Positions 8,826 through 19,406 of a stretch of DNA of 64,000 nucleotides are shown here, one piece after another (position 1 is the stretch's first letter; each line of letters starts with the position of its first letter). This DNA is from an uncultured bacterium (GTDB taxonomy: Bacteria; Fermentibacterota; Fermentibacteria; Fermentibacterales; Fermentibacteraceae): positions 4,231 through 68,230 of the forward strand of contig CAZMTK010000005.1 in NCBI GenBank assembly GCA_964569245.1, written 5' to 3'. A program made the translations under genes and the position numbers. Below the pieces are notes generated by a model that was not told the origin of the DNA, did not search any database, and was given only the letters and a program-made list of their open reading frames with translations.

Positions 8826-9839
8826 ATGATCGACAGAGCGGTAATCAGGGAGAACCTCGGTAAATGCCTGACCGACGCTTCTGCACTGAGCCTTCCCGGC
8901 TTCAGGCGCGGCAAGGTACGGGACGTGTTCGACCTCGGCGACAGGCTGCTCCTCGTCGCTACCGACAGGCAGAGCGCCTTCGACAGGGTGCTCGCGGCAG
9001 TGCCGTTCAAGGGGCAGGTGCTGAACCAGGTGAGCGCCTTCTGGTTCGAACAGACATCGGACATAGTGGCCAATCATGTCGTCTCGGTCCCCGATCCCAA
9101 CGCCACGCTGGCCAGGAAGTGCGTCGTCTTCCCCGTCGAGTTCATCGTACGCGGATACCTGACGGGCAGCACCAGCACCTCGGCCTGGACCATCTACAGC
9201 TCCGGCGGCCGGGACATCTGCGGCAACAGGCTGCCGGACGGAATGGTGAAGAACCAGCGCTTCGAGAAGCCGATCATCACGCCTACGACGAAGAGCGACG
9301 AGCACGACGAGTCGATCGCTCCGGCGGAGATAGTTTCGCGGGGGCTCATGACGCAGGAGCAGTGGGACGAGGCCTCGGCGGCGGCGCTCGCCCTCTTCGA
9401 GAGGGGTGCGTCGGTCGCTGCGCGGAACGGGCTGATACTCGTGGACACGAAGTACGAGATGGGGCTGGACGAGTCAGGCAGGCTGACGCTGGTGGACGAG
9501 GTCCATACGCCGGACTCGTCGAGATACTGGCTGTCCGGCGGGTACGAAGAGCGGCTGGCGAAGGGCATCGAGCCCGAAAACATCGACAAGGAGTTCCTGA
9601 GGCTCTGGTTCCGCGACCACTGCGACCCCTACAACGATCCCGTGCTTCCGGAGGCTCCCGCCGAGCTGGTCGAGGAGCTCTCCGCCAGGTACATCAGGCT
9701 GTACGAAATGATAACCGGGCAGGACTTCGTTCCCCCCCCGCCGGGTGATCCGCTCGAAAGACTGCGCACAGCCTTGAGGACCCGACGTGCCGCGGCAACG
9801 GGGGTCGACCGGCCGCGCGGGAGAAGTGACCGGAAATGA
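8826..9839 (+). CDS. purC: Phosphoribosylaminoimidazole-succinocarboxamide (SAICAR) synthase
   Basis: 'RRGKVRDVFDLGDRLLLVATDRQSAFD' and 'LVDTKYEMG' motifs; starts MIDRAVIRENLG. Confidence 0.8.
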   Translation: MIDRAVIRENLGKCLTDASALSLPGFRRGKVRDVFDLGDRLLLVATDRQSAFDRVLAAVPFKGQVLNQVSAFWFEQTSDIVANHVVSVPDPNATLARKCVVFPVEFIVRGYLTGSTSTSAWTIYSSGGRDICGNRLPDGMVKNQRFEKPIITPTTKSDEHDESIAPAEIVSRGLMTQEQWDEASAAALALFERGASVAARNGLILVDTKYEMGLDESGRLTLVDEVHTPDSSRYWLSGGYEERLAKGIEPENIDKEFLRLWFRDHCDPYNDPVLPEAPAELVEELSARYIRLYEMITGQDFVPPPPGDPLERLRTALRTRRAAATGVDRPRGRSDRK

Positions 9840-11089
9840 GCCCGTCGGAGCTCGCCTGCTTCTTCCTCTCGCTTGCAGTTCTGCTCGGGATCGCCCTCCT
9901 CTTCGGCAGGCTCTCCAGGCTGATGGGATTGCCATCTGTCATCGGGGAGATCGTAGGGGGGGGCATGGCCGGCAAGACCCTGCTGGGTCGCCTGTCGCCG
10001 GAGGCCTTCTCGCGGCTCTTCGGACAGGGGCCGGCGGCGACATCCAGGGAAGCGCTGATCAGGCTCGGGATGCTCTTCTTCATGTTCGCGGCAGGTTTCG
10101 AAGTGAGTCTCGGACATATGAGGGGGAGGACAAGAACCGTGGCATGCACCAGCATCATGGGTCTGGCGATCCCCATGGCGCTGGGTTTCCTGGCGGTTCG
10201 GGCGCTGCCCTCCCTCTGGGGAGCGGAATCAGGCAGCCTGCTGTTCGCAGTCCTCGTTGGCTCGGCACTGGCCATGAGCGCCCTGCCGGTGATCGCCAGG
10301 CTCCTCATGGACCTCGGGCTGACCAGAACGGTCCCGGGCTCGGTCATCCTCTCTGCGGCGACCATCAACGACCTGCTCGGGTGGTGCCTCTTCACCACAG
10401 TCCTCGCAGCTATGGGGAAGGGCGACTCGGGTTTCGCCACTGTCATCACCGCGGGAAGCCTCCTGGCGGCAGCTGCAGTGCTCCTGGCTGTCGGCCGGCT
10501 CGCCGGAAGGACCCTGAGGAACCGCTGGACGGCCATCCTGAACACCCCTGCGCTCTTCACGGGCGCGGTAGCGGTACTGGCCCTTCTTGTAGCGGCTCTG
10601 CTGGAGACTGTCGGGCTCCACCCTGTGTTCGGGGCCTTCCTGATAGGCGTGGTCCTCGCAGAGGTCATCGGCCCCGACTGTGTAGCCCACAGGTCGGTGT
10701 CCGAGTTCGCAACGGGTTTCTTCGCACCTCTCTACTTCGCATCCATCGGGCTCAGGGCCGATTTCTCGGGCAGCCTGGACATCGCCCTCGTCTCGGCAGT
10801 ACTGGTGATATCCTGCGTCGGCAAGATCGGAGGCGCATGGCTGGGCGCCAGGCTGGGTGGCCTGGACAGCAGGGAGTCTCTGGCTATCGGTTTCGGGATG
10901 AACGCGAGGGGCGCCATCGAGATCATCCTCGCCAACATAGCTCTCGACGCGGGGATCATCGACCAGAGGCTTTTCGTCGCACTCGTCATCATGGCGGTCG
11001 TGACCTCCGTCATCAGTGCTCCTGTGCTCAAGCACCTCCTGGCGGGAAGTCGGACCGGGACCGGGGAGGACAGCCTCAGAACTGCGTGA
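9836..11089 (+). CDS. CPA2-family cation:proton antiporter
   Basis: 417-aa polytopic membrane protein with the KefB/NhaP-like Na+/H+ exchanger pattern; ATGA overlap with purC. Confidence 0.7.
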   Translation: MSPSELACFFLSLAVLLGIALLFGRLSRLMGLPSVIGEIVGGGMAGKTLLGRLSPEAFSRLFGQGPAATSREALIRLGMLFFMFAAGFEVSLGHMRGRTRTVACTSIMGLAIPMALGFLAVRALPSLWGAESGSLLFAVLVGSALAMSALPVIARLLMDLGLTRTVPGSVILSAATINDLLGWCLFTTVLAAMGKGDSGFATVITAGSLLAAAAVLLAVGRLAGRTLRNRWTAILNTPALFTGAVAVLALLVAALLETVGLHPVFGAFLIGVVLAEVIGPDCVAHRSVSEFATGFFAPLYFASIGLRADFSGSLDIALVSAVLVISCVGKIGGAWLGARLGGLDSRESLAIGFGMNARGAIEIILANIALDAGIIDQRLFVALVIMAVVTSVISAPVLKHLLAGSRTGTGEDSLRTA

Positions 11090-11399
11090 GGCAGACCGGC
11101 GGAGTGCGAGGTCCCAGGGCGCGGTAGAGGCTCTCGATCCGGCCGGTGTCCGACACCTCTGCCGGCCCGAGCTCCCATTCCTTCGCGAGACCGACGCTGC
11201 CCATCACAGGATCGCGAGGAGATCACACCCGCCTGCCCGGAAAAAGTGACGTCCGGTTTGCGGCTCTCGACCAGTTGCGCTCCCTCCCCGTCGATGCGGA
11301 ATGCGACCTACCTGTCGTTCGAAGGGAGGAATCCGTCCCTGACGTCCAGCTCTACGACCGGGCCGTGTAGCCTGCGATAAACGGGTTCCGCTTCTCCTT

Positions 11400-11599
11400 C
11401 AGCAGGCTCCATCCAAGAGATAGTTCGAGAATTCCAGCCCTCCCGGGATCTGGCGTGAGGGACATTATCAAATATAAAAACTATCCTTCAGTTTATCAAT
11501 AACATCAATAAAGGGACAGCATTGAATTAATGACTTCGAGATGCAACCGTTGAGAGGCTGATGAATGTGGGTTTCTCAAGCATCTTAAACCTGAAACTG
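11400..11599. other. AT-rich convergent intergenic spacer (likely bidirectional terminator region)
   Basis: ~200 nt with markedly lower GC than the surrounding ~65% GC, between the 3' ends of the antiporter (+) and parC (-); no convincing ORF. Confidence 0.4.
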
Positions 11600-13738
11600 T
11601 CAGGCGGGGTCGAAGAGGTCGGGGGCGTCGCCGGCAAGGCGGGAGGAGCGGTCGGCGAGCTCGGCAGCCTCCTTCACTATCTGGTCGAGGGTCTTCGCGG
11701 GCTTCGCGGGGGACGGGGGGGCGGAGCCCGCGAGAGAAGCACCATCGGAAGAAGGCCCGTCTCCTCCGGGCGGGGGCTCTCCACCCGCCTCTGTCGTGCT
11801 GCTCTCCGGAACGGCTACAGCGTCGCTCTCCTCTTCAGGGGCAGCCTCCTCGAAGGTCATGCTGGAAACCGGCCTGCCTCCCCCCAGGCGGACCCCCCTG
11901 GCGGCGACACCTTTCAGAACTATTTCCGAGAGCCGTGTGGAGCCCTTCCTGGTCTTCATCCTCGCACGCCGCTCGAACCAGTATTCGATCGTGCCCTCCG
12001 GGCGGTCGGTGAAGATCATGAGCTCGGCTCCTTCCGGCAGGAACCTGTACTCCTTCTCCAGAATGTATCCCTCCACCCTGAAGCGCTTGCCAGAGGCGAT
12101 CCGGGTCTCGGGGTCGCGGTAGGCCGCAGTGTAGGTCCTCCCCCTTTCGTGTATCCCGCAGAAGACCGGCCTGCCGTCGAGGAAGTGCTTCTCGGCCATC
12201 GGGAGCACCCGGTACGATCCGTCGTCGAAGAAGACGATTATCCTGTCGTACTCGGTCGCCTCGAAGCTCGACTCGCCCTTCACCGCCGTCCCGACGAAGG
12301 AGCCCGACGGGTCGAACCCCACTTTGAGGTTCCTGAGGGCGACCTCCTTCACGTCGACCTCCGTGAACGACTCTATCCTCGTGAGCCTGGGGTACAGCTT
12401 CCCGAACCTCTTCAGCAGCGTCTGCAGATAGTCAATTGCATGCTGCTTCAGGTGGGCCAGGGAGTGCTTCACCGCCTCCACCCGGGAAGCCGTCTCGCCC
12501 ATCTCTCTCCGGTGGGCGTCCATGTCGAATCTCGAGATCCTCCGGATCCTTATCGAGAGCAGCTTCTCTATGTCCTCCTCCGAGAGGCTGATCCCATCCA
12601 GATGCGGCTCCATGCCGCTCCTCACAGCCGCGGTGACGCCCTCCCAGCTCCGGCACTCCTCTATCTTCTTGTAGATCCGGTTCTCGATGAAGATCATCTC
12701 AAGGGTCATCCAGCGGATCTTCTCCTCGAGGTCCGACTTCTCGAGCTCCAGCTCGCGGCGCAGGATCTCGAGGAGCTTCTCCGTGCTCCGCCGGAGCAGG
12801 TCGGACACCCTGCACTCCACGGGCTTCCCGTCCAGGATGACCAGGATGTTCGACGTGTAGGACATTTCGCAGTCGGTGTGCGCGTAGAGCTGCTTGATGG
12901 CGTCCTCGGGCTCGGCCCCCCGGGCCAGGGTCACCTCTATCTCTATCCTGTCCGCGGTGAAGTCGTCTATCGAGGCGACCTTCACCCTGCCCTTGCGGGC
13001 CGCCGCCTCGATGCTCGCTATCAGCGCCTCGGTCGTCGTGCCCCACGGGATCTCCCGGATTACGAGCTTCTTCTGCCCCTTCTTCTTCTCTATCGTCGCC
13101 CTGTTGCGGATCCGGCCCGCGCCGTCGTCATACCCAGAAACGTCTACGCTGCCGCCCTGAGGAAAGTCGGGATGGAGGGTGAAGGGCTTCCCGCGCAGGC
13201 AGGCGATCTGGGCCTGGAGCACCTCGCAGAAGTTGTGCGGCAGGATCCGGGTGGACATCCCTACTGCGATGCCCTCCACGCCAAGAAGCAGTATCACCGG
13301 GATCTTGGCGGGAAGCACCTCGGGTTCCCTGTTCCGCCCGTCGTAGCTGTCGGCGAACGAGGTTATCCTGTCGTCGAACATGGTCTCGCGGGCGAGGTCC
13401 GTGAGCCTGCACTCGATGTACCTCGGCGCGGAGGCCTCGTCGCCCGTCAGGATGTTCCCGAAGTTGCCCTGCCTGTCTATGAAGTATCCCCTGTTGGCAA
13501 GCGAGACCAGCGCGTCGCCTATCGACTGGTCGCCGTGGGGGTGGTATCTCATGCAATGCCCGATGACGTTGGCCACCTTGTTGAAGCGCCCGTCGTCCAG
13601 CTCGTGCAGACCCCAGAGGATGCGCCGCTGGACCGGCTTGAGACCGTCGTCGGCGTCGGGGATGGCCCTGTCCTTGATCACATAGGAGGCGTAGTCGAGG
13701 AAGTTGTCCCGGAAGAGGCTCTTCAGGGAGTCGGTCAC
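11600..13738 (-). CDS. parC: Type IIA topoisomerase subunit A (topo IV ParC-like) with shortened C-terminal domain and acidic/Pro-rich tail
   Basis: 'PVQRRILWGL', 'YHPHGD' and catalytic-Tyr-region motifs; GTG start at 13738 overlaps the parE stop (GTGA); the C-terminal domain is shortened (~200 aa) and ends in a low-complexity tail. Confidence 0.75.
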   Translation of the reverse strand: MTDSLKSLFRDNFLDYASYVIKDRAIPDADDGLKPVQRRILWGLHELDDGRFNKVANVIGHCMRYHPHGDQSIGDALVSLANRGYFIDRQGNFGNILTGDEASAPRYIECRLTDLARETMFDDRITSFADSYDGRNREPEVLPAKIPVILLLGVEGIAVGMSTRILPHNFCEVLQAQIACLRGKPFTLHPDFPQGGSVDVSGYDDGAGRIRNRATIEKKKGQKKLVIREIPWGTTTEALIASIEAAARKGRVKVASIDDFTADRIEIEVTLARGAEPEDAIKQLYAHTDCEMSYTSNILVILDGKPVECRVSDLLRRSTEKLLEILRRELELEKSDLEEKIRWMTLEMIFIENRIYKKIEECRSWEGVTAAVRSGMEPHLDGISLSEEDIEKLLSIRIRRISRFDMDAHRREMGETASRVEAVKHSLAHLKQHAIDYLQTLLKRFGKLYPRLTRIESFTEVDVKEVALRNLKVGFDPSGSFVGTAVKGESSFEATEYDRIIVFFDDGSYRVLPMAEKHFLDGRPVFCGIHERGRTYTAAYRDPETRIASGKRFRVEGYILEKEYRFLPEGAELMIFTDRPEGTIEYWFERRARMKTRKGSTRLSEIVLKGVAARGVRLGGGRPVSSMTFEEAAPEEESDAVAVPESSTTEAGGEPPPGGDGPSSDGASLAGSAPPSPAKPAKTLDQIVKEAAELADRSSRLAGDAPDLFDPA

Positions 13739-15546
13739 CTGAGGTTCTCCATTATGTAGGCACGCCTCTCCGGAGTGTTGCGCCCCATGTAGAAGTCGAG
13801 CATCGCCGGCACGTCCCTGATGCGAGGAATCGACACGGCCAGGAGGCGCATGCCGGGGCCGATGAACTGCCCGAACTCCCCAGGCGAGATCTCGCCCAGC
13901 CCCTTGAAGCGCGTAATCTCGGCACCCCTTCCGAGCCTGATCACAGCGGCGTCGCGCTCGCGGGCCGAATAGCAGTAGGCGGTCTCCTTCCTGTTCCTCA
14001 CCCTGAACAGAGGGGTCTCGAGGATGTACAGGTGGTTGTCGAGCACGAGCCCCTCGAAGAAGTGCAGGAAGAAGGTCAGCAGCAGGTTCCTGATGTGCAT
14101 TCCGTCCACGTCGGCGTCGGTCGCCAGGACGACCCTGTTGTAGCGCAGACCGCCCGCGCCCCCCTCGAGGTTGAGGGCCTGCATGAGGTTGTACATCTCC
14201 TCGTTCTGGTACAGGGCGTCCCGCTTCAGGCCGAGACAGTTGAGAGGCTTGCCCCTCAGGGAGAACACCGCCTGCGTGTTCACGTCGCGGCACGCGATCA
14301 TGCTCCCGGATGCGCTCTGGCCCTCGGTAAGGAAGATGGTGCTCTGCTCGGCCAGAGGATCGTCGTCGCCGAGATGCACCCTGCAGTCCCTCAGGTTGGG
14401 GATCCTGATGGCGACCTTCTTCGCCCTCTCGCGCGCCTTCTTCTTCACGCTCTGCAGCTCGGTGCGTATCGCCATGTTGACCTGCACCTTGGCGAGCAGG
14501 GCTTCGGCCGTAGGGGCGTTCCTGTGGAGGCTCTGCTCCACCTCCTGCTTCACGCGGCTCACGATCCAGCTCCTGATGTCGGTGTTGCCCAGCCTGGTCT
14601 TGGTCTGGGATTCGAACACGGGATCCTTGAGCCGGACCGACACGGCCGCGATCATTCCCTCCCGGATGTCATCCGGTGCATAGTTCCTCCCCGCATAGGA
14701 GTTGACCCCCTTCAGAACGCCCTCCTTGAAGGCAGACAGGTGGGTGCCCCCGGCGCTTGTGTACTGGCCGTTCGCGAAGGAGAGGTAGCGCTCTCCGAAA
14801 TCACCGGTATGGGTGAAGGCGAATTCCAGTGTAGCATCCCTGTAGTAGATGGCGGGATATGCGGTCGTTTCGCCCGCCTCGTCTGCGAGCAGGTCGGCCA
14901 GGCCCCTGTCGGAGACGAAGGCCTCCCCGTTCAGGACGAGCTTCAGCCCCGTGTTGAGGTATGCGTAGTGTCTCACGCGATGCTGGAGGAACTCCTCGCG
15001 GAAGGCATAGTCGGGGAAGATGACGGGGTCGGGCGAGAACTCCACGAGGGTGCCGTTCTTCTCCGAGGTTCTGCCGGAGCGGTCGGATACCTGCTCCCCC
15101 CTCTCGCAGACGATCTCGCGGAACTCCCCATCCCTGCAGGAGACGACTCTGAATCTCTCCGAGAGGGCGTTCACGGCCTTGGCTCCGACACCGTTGAGGC
15201 CGACGCTGAACTGGAAGACGTCAGTGTTGTACTTTGCCCCGGTGTTGATGACCGAGACGCATTCGGTCAGCTTCCCCAGCGGGATGCCGCGGCCCCAGTC
15301 GCGCACCGTGCAGGTCGAACCGTCGCAGGAGATGGATATCTTCCTGCCGCAGCCCATTATGAACTCGTCAACAGCGTTGTCCACTACCTCCTTGAAGAGG
15401 ATGTATATGCCGTCGTCAGGATGGCTGCCGTCTCCTATGCGTCCGATGTACATGCCGGTGCGGAGCCGGATGTGCTCTATCGAAGAGAGAGTCTTGACCT
15501 TGCTCTCGTCGTACACCGCGCTCTCGAGGATCGGTTCTTTTGCCAT
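13735..15546 (-). CDS. parE: Type IIA topoisomerase subunit B (ParE/GyrB family)
   Basis: GHKL ATPase motifs (DNAVDE, GLNGVG), Toprim 'FLTEGQSASGS' and 'ATDADVDGMHI'; starts MAKEPILES. Confidence 0.8.
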   Translation of the reverse strand: MAKEPILESAVYDESKVKTLSSIEHIRLRTGMYIGRIGDGSHPDDGIYILFKEVVDNAVDEFIMGCGRKISISCDGSTCTVRDWGRGIPLGKLTECVSVINTGAKYNTDVFQFSVGLNGVGAKAVNALSERFRVVSCRDGEFREIVCERGEQVSDRSGRTSEKNGTLVEFSPDPVIFPDYAFREEFLQHRVRHYAYLNTGLKLVLNGEAFVSDRGLADLLADEAGETTAYPAIYYRDATLEFAFTHTGDFGERYLSFANGQYTSAGGTHLSAFKEGVLKGVNSYAGRNYAPDDIREGMIAAVSVRLKDPVFESQTKTRLGNTDIRSWIVSRVKQEVEQSLHRNAPTAEALLAKVQVNMAIRTELQSVKKKARERAKKVAIRIPNLRDCRVHLGDDDPLAEQSTIFLTEGQSASGSMIACRDVNTQAVFSLRGKPLNCLGLKRDALYQNEEMYNLMQALNLEGGAGGLRYNRVVLATDADVDGMHIRNLLLTFFLHFFEGLVLDNHLYILETPLFRVRNRKETAYCYSARERDAAVIRLGRGAEITRFKGLGEISPGEFGQFIGPGMRLLAVSIPRIRDVPAMLDFYMGRNTPERRAYIMENLR

Positions 15547-15693
15547 TCGCTCCAGATGTCGACACGAGAAAACCTCAGCCCACATCATGTAGTATAAGAG
15601 ACCGGGACGCGCCGTGCGAGACCCTGCCGGCCGTATCTCGCCCGGGCTGCAGGCCCTTCATGTTGTGCATGCGCTGGGTAATGCAGCCGGCGG

Positions 15694-17079
15694 CTACAGC
15701 CGGCGGAGAACCGAGCGACCTCCGGCAGCGAGCCAGACGACAGCCGCAACGGCACTCGCGGCGGACCCCCTGATCGTCCAGTGGGCTCCGGACATGGCGA
15801 GGGCTGCCAGAGATGCAGCGGCAATGGCGAGGAGCGACGGAGCGATACCGACCAGCATGGCTGCAGCCATCGCCCGTCCGAATCCTGCTGCAAGTGCGGC
15901 ATCCAGTGCCAGGTAGGAGATCAGCAGCACCGCTGCCGCGCCGGGAAGCCCATGCTCTGGAACGATCAGGGCCAGCAGCACGGAAAGCAGCAGGAGCCCT
16001 GCGCCGGCAGCCTTGGTGGCGAGAGACGATCGTTCGTCTGCTATCAGCGCAGCCACGAGGAAGTTCATCCAGAACACGGGGAGGATGCACAGGCCGACGA
16101 CCTGGAAGGTTCGCGCCACGACATCCGGCGGCAGCCCTCTCTCGAAGGCTCCGCCCCACAGCAGAGCCAGGAGGCCGGGACCCGACCAGACGAGCAGCAT
16201 CGTCACAGCCGCGCCCAGGGCGCTCACCGTCGAAGCGATGTCGCGCATCCGCTCCCTGGCCGCCGATCCTCCGGCCGAGAGTGCCCGGCAGAGGCCCGGA
16301 AAGAGCGCCCCGGGCAGCAGTGTCGGCGTCACCAGCAGGACCATCGTGTCCATCATCCTCACGCACTCCTGCCAGGCTCCGACCGCCTCGATGCCGAGGA
16401 TCCTGCGGACGAAGAAGTTGTCCACCCTCTGGAAGGCGGCGAGTGCGAGGCCCATGACGCCCACGGGAAGGCTGCTGCGGAAGAGAGCCGCCATGCCGGA
16501 CCTGTCGAACGAGGGCAGCAGGCTGAAACCCGTGTCCCGGTGTAGTGCCACGGCCGACACCAGAGTGACCGCAGACCTCAGGACGAACACCGCCGTCACG
16601 GCTCCGAGCCCGAGATCGAGCAGGATCACCAGAGACACCGTCAGCACCGAGAACACCCCGCCCAGGCTCCGGGCCAGAGATTCCCTGCCCGACCTGCCGG
16701 AAGCCCGGAACACCGCGAACGGTATCTCCGACAGCCCGTCCAGCGCGTACGAGACCGTGACGGGGACCAGCACGGCGAGATCGCCGGGACCATGTGACAG
16801 GACTGCGAATCCCCCGGTGAAGACTGCGAGCCCGACCCCCGAGAGGATCACCCGCAGTCCGGCGGCGACTCCGGGCAGTCCCCTGACCGTGCCGTCCCCC
16901 GTGAGGCTGACGCGGCGGTTCACCGTGATGGCGACGCCCATCTCCGACAGGAACATGTAGACGAGGCCCACCGCGACGGCGAACGAGAGGAGACCGAATG
17001 ACCTGTCGTCGAGATACCTCGACAGAAGGGCCATGGAGATCAGCAGCATGCCCTTGGATACGACCTGCCCGCCCAGCAT
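15694..17079 (-). CDS. wzx: Polysaccharide/oligosaccharide flippase (Wzx, MOP superfamily)
   Basis: 461-aa polytopic protein with an N-terminal '...LLSRYLDDRSFGLLSF' Wzx-like motif. Confidence 0.65.
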   Translation of the reverse strand: MLGGQVVSKGMLLISMALLSRYLDDRSFGLLSFAVAVGLVYMFLSEMGVAITVNRRVSLTGDGTVRGLPGVAAGLRVILSGVGLAVFTGGFAVLSHGPGDLAVLVPVTVSYALDGLSEIPFAVFRASGRSGRESLARSLGGVFSVLTVSLVILLDLGLGAVTAVFVLRSAVTLVSAVALHRDTGFSLLPSFDRSGMAALFRSSLPVGVMGLALAAFQRVDNFFVRRILGIEAVGAWQECVRMMDTMVLLVTPTLLPGALFPGLCRALSAGGSAARERMRDIASTVSALGAAVTMLLVWSGPGLLALLWGGAFERGLPPDVVARTFQVVGLCILPVFWMNFLVAALIADERSSLATKAAGAGLLLLSVLLALIVPEHGLPGAAAVLLISYLALDAALAAGFGRAMAAAMLVGIAPSLLAIAAASLAALAMSGAHWTIRGSAASAVAAVVWLAAGGRSVLRRL

Positions 17080-17210
17080 GAGCAGGCTGTTCCTGGATGC
17101 GGAAGGCCCTCCGGGCGGACATTTCGGCCCGGAGAGCCTGCAGGAGTCCGATTCCGGACCGGTTGATCCGCCTCTGTTGTGCGGCCCGCAGCCGGGATCG
17201 GGACAGCGCG

Positions 17211-17708
17211 TCAGCGGAGACGCTCCCTGATGGCGATGGCGAGTTTCCGCATGCCCCCGGGCCTTCCCCTAGAGCCGAACACGGACTTCTTCTCGATTCC
17301 TTCCAGAATTCCCCGGTCCAGCCCGAGCCCTGCGAGGAACTCGTCGAACCCCTCGGGCGCTTCCCTGGGTTCGCGCTCGTCGATCACCCTGAGAGCCTCC
17401 TCGCGGCTGATGACGCCGGCTCTGACCATGTTGGCATACAGGTACTCGTACTTCCCGAAACCGGTCCTCAGACGGAAGAGATAGCTGGAGTGGGGGGTTG
17501 CGAGGCAGTCGTACTTGCCGCCCTTTCCCCGGTATCTGTCGAGGATCTTCTCAAGCCTCCTCCTGCGCGCCTCCCAGTCTATCCCCGCGTACTTCTCGTC
17601 GAACTCGCGGCAGACCCTGCAGACTCCATTCCCGTCGAATCCGATGTCCGGGTAGTTTGCAGGCAGGATGCACCGCGAGCACCTTCTGACGACAGTGCCT
17701 GTTTCCAT
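17211..17708 (-). CDS. Internally deleted PseA/WbuX-family N-acetyl-sugar amidotransferase remnant (likely non-functional)
   Basis: N-terminus 'CSRCILPANYPDIGFDGNGVCRVC...IDWEARRRRLEKILDRYRGKGGKYDC' matches the PseA zinc-ribbon lead-in up to YDC, but the PP-loop SGGKDS and the catalytic core are absent; the C-terminus '...GVISREEALRVIDE...FDEFL' matches the PseA C-terminal region; only 165 aa against ~370. Confidence 0.55.
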   Translation of the reverse strand: METGTVVRRCSRCILPANYPDIGFDGNGVCRVCREFDEKYAGIDWEARRRRLEKILDRYRGKGGKYDCLATPHSSYLFRLRTGFGKYEYLYANMVRAGVISREEALRVIDEREPREAPEGFDEFLAGLGLDRGILEGIEKKSVFGSRGRPGGMRKLAIAIRERLR

Positions 17709-17753
17709 GGTTCGCCTTTCGGGAAGGTTATATTCCTACAAGTTTACTTTGTA

Positions 17754-19406
17754 TTATAACCCCCGGTGACGCAACCCCCTCTCGTCGCTCCAAGGTTCCA
17801 CGGCCTCGCGCGGGCTCGCCACGAAGAGCGTCAGCGGGCCCGAGCTGTCCTCCAGCGGGATCTCGCGGAGAGCACACCTCCGCTCCAGGACCGTCCTCAA
17901 GTCGGCATCGGAGATGACGTCGCTTCCCGCGCCTATCACGCCGTCGGCTCCACCGGCCGTACGGCCCCTTGCCCTGGCCGGATCGTTGGCCAGGATGAGA
18001 AGGGGCGTTCCGAGAGAGTCGAGCCAGGACCGGACCAGGGAGTCGGTGTCCAGCATCAGGAAGGACAGGCCCTCGGAGGGGTCGGACAGGAAGAAGCGGC
18101 CGGCCATGAAGCGTTCGTCGTGAGGCGACCAGGTCTCGACGCCATTGAAGCCCTCCGCCTCGAGATGGTATCTGAAGGCCAGGGTCGAGTAGTGGTCCAG
18201 GAAGACGACCACCCGCGCACCGGTGCGCTCAGCTTCGGCTCCCGCGATTCTCGCGGCTTCTCTGAAGTCTCTGTCGAAAGTGCATCTCTGGGGAAGCGTG
18301 GAACGCGTCACGAAGGGTATGCAGAGGGCTGCCGACAGCGATGCTGCAGCTATGCTGAAGACCCGTCCGGTCCTGGAGGGCAGGCTGGAGAGCCCGGCGA
18401 TCACGCATGCCGTCACCGCCGGGAAGGCGAAGGCGAAGTGGCGCGCGCTCGGTCTGAGGAAGGCCAGCGGCAGCATGACGCACAGAACCAGCAGCCTCGT
18501 GTGCATCCCGGAGGTTTTCCAGCCCCTGAGCGCGGCGATGCACAGCCCGCCGGACAGAAGCATCCCGACAAACGCCCATGGCGACGGAGATACCGGCCCG
18601 GTCGCAGAAAACCTGTACGGTGCCGTTCCCGAAGTGAAGCGCAGGAGCGTGCCGGCCAGGGACAGGGGCATGCGGACCAGCGATGAAAGCGGAGAAGCCC
18701 TCTCGACAAGAGCTTCGCCGCCGGTCGCACCGGCGGCCGCGGCAGCCCCTCCAGTCTCGAGCTCGAGGTTCGGCATCTGCGGGATGTAGAGGACCAGCAC
18801 GGTCGCAAGCAGGGCCATTGCATGAAGGGGCTTCCTGCGGAAGAGAATCAGGAGGACCGAGGCGGCCACGCCCGGCCAGGCGAAGTGATGAATCCAGGTT
18901 CCCGCGGCCAGTGCCATCCCGAGCAGAACAGCCCGACGCAGGGAGGGGCTGGAGGAGTATCCCTCGAGCAGCGCCATAGCGCAGGCCCCTGAAAGGGCGA
19001 GCAGGGAGTACATCCGGATCTCCACCGAGAGATGGAGGAGGAACGGGCTTGCGCACAGCAGAGCGCGCACGAGCGGGCCCCGCCCCCTGGCGACAACCAG
19101 GGCGGTAAGTGCAGCCGCCGCGAGCCCCGGAGCCCTCAGCGAGGCCGGGGAGTCTCCGAAGATCCTCACCCAGGCCCACAGCAGGGCATAGTAGCCGGGC
19201 ACGTGCGCATCCTCGGCCACGTTGGAGAGCATTCGCCCGAATGGCTGGCGCACAAGGGCTGCGGTCATCGCCTCGTCCCCTGTCAGACTCTTGTTCACCG
19301 ACACGATCCACAGCGAGGCCAGCAGCACAAGCGGGCCGACCGCCGCGATCAGGGCTGCCGCAGCGCTGCGGCATTTCCGCGCTTCGCGCCTTCCGGATGC
19401 GGTCAT
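17754..19406 (-). CDS. GT39/GT83-family (ArnT/PMT-like) lipid-carrier-dependent glycosyltransferase
   Basis: 550-aa polytopic protein; an N-terminal loop with the 'GDEAMTAAL...HVPGYYALLWAW' DE motif typical of ArnT/PMT_2. Confidence 0.65.
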   Translation of the reverse strand: MTASGRREARKCRSAAAALIAAVGPLVLLASLWIVSVNKSLTGDEAMTAALVRQPFGRMLSNVAEDAHVPGYYALLWAWVRIFGDSPASLRAPGLAAAALTALVVARGRGPLVRALLCASPFLLHLSVEIRMYSLLALSGACAMALLEGYSSSPSLRRAVLLGMALAAGTWIHHFAWPGVAASVLLILFRRKPLHAMALLATVLVLYIPQMPNLELETGGAAAAAGATGGEALVERASPLSSLVRMPLSLAGTLLRFTSGTAPYRFSATGPVSPSPWAFVGMLLSGGLCIAALRGWKTSGMHTRLLVLCVMLPLAFLRPSARHFAFAFPAVTACVIAGLSSLPSRTGRVFSIAAASLSAALCIPFVTRSTLPQRCTFDRDFREAARIAGAEAERTGARVVVFLDHYSTLAFRYHLEAEGFNGVETWSPHDERFMAGRFFLSDPSEGLSFLMLDTDSLVRSWLDSLGTPLLILANDPARARGRTAGGADGVIGAGSDVISDADLRTVLERRCALREIPLEDSSGPLTLFVASPREAVEPWSDERGLRHRGL

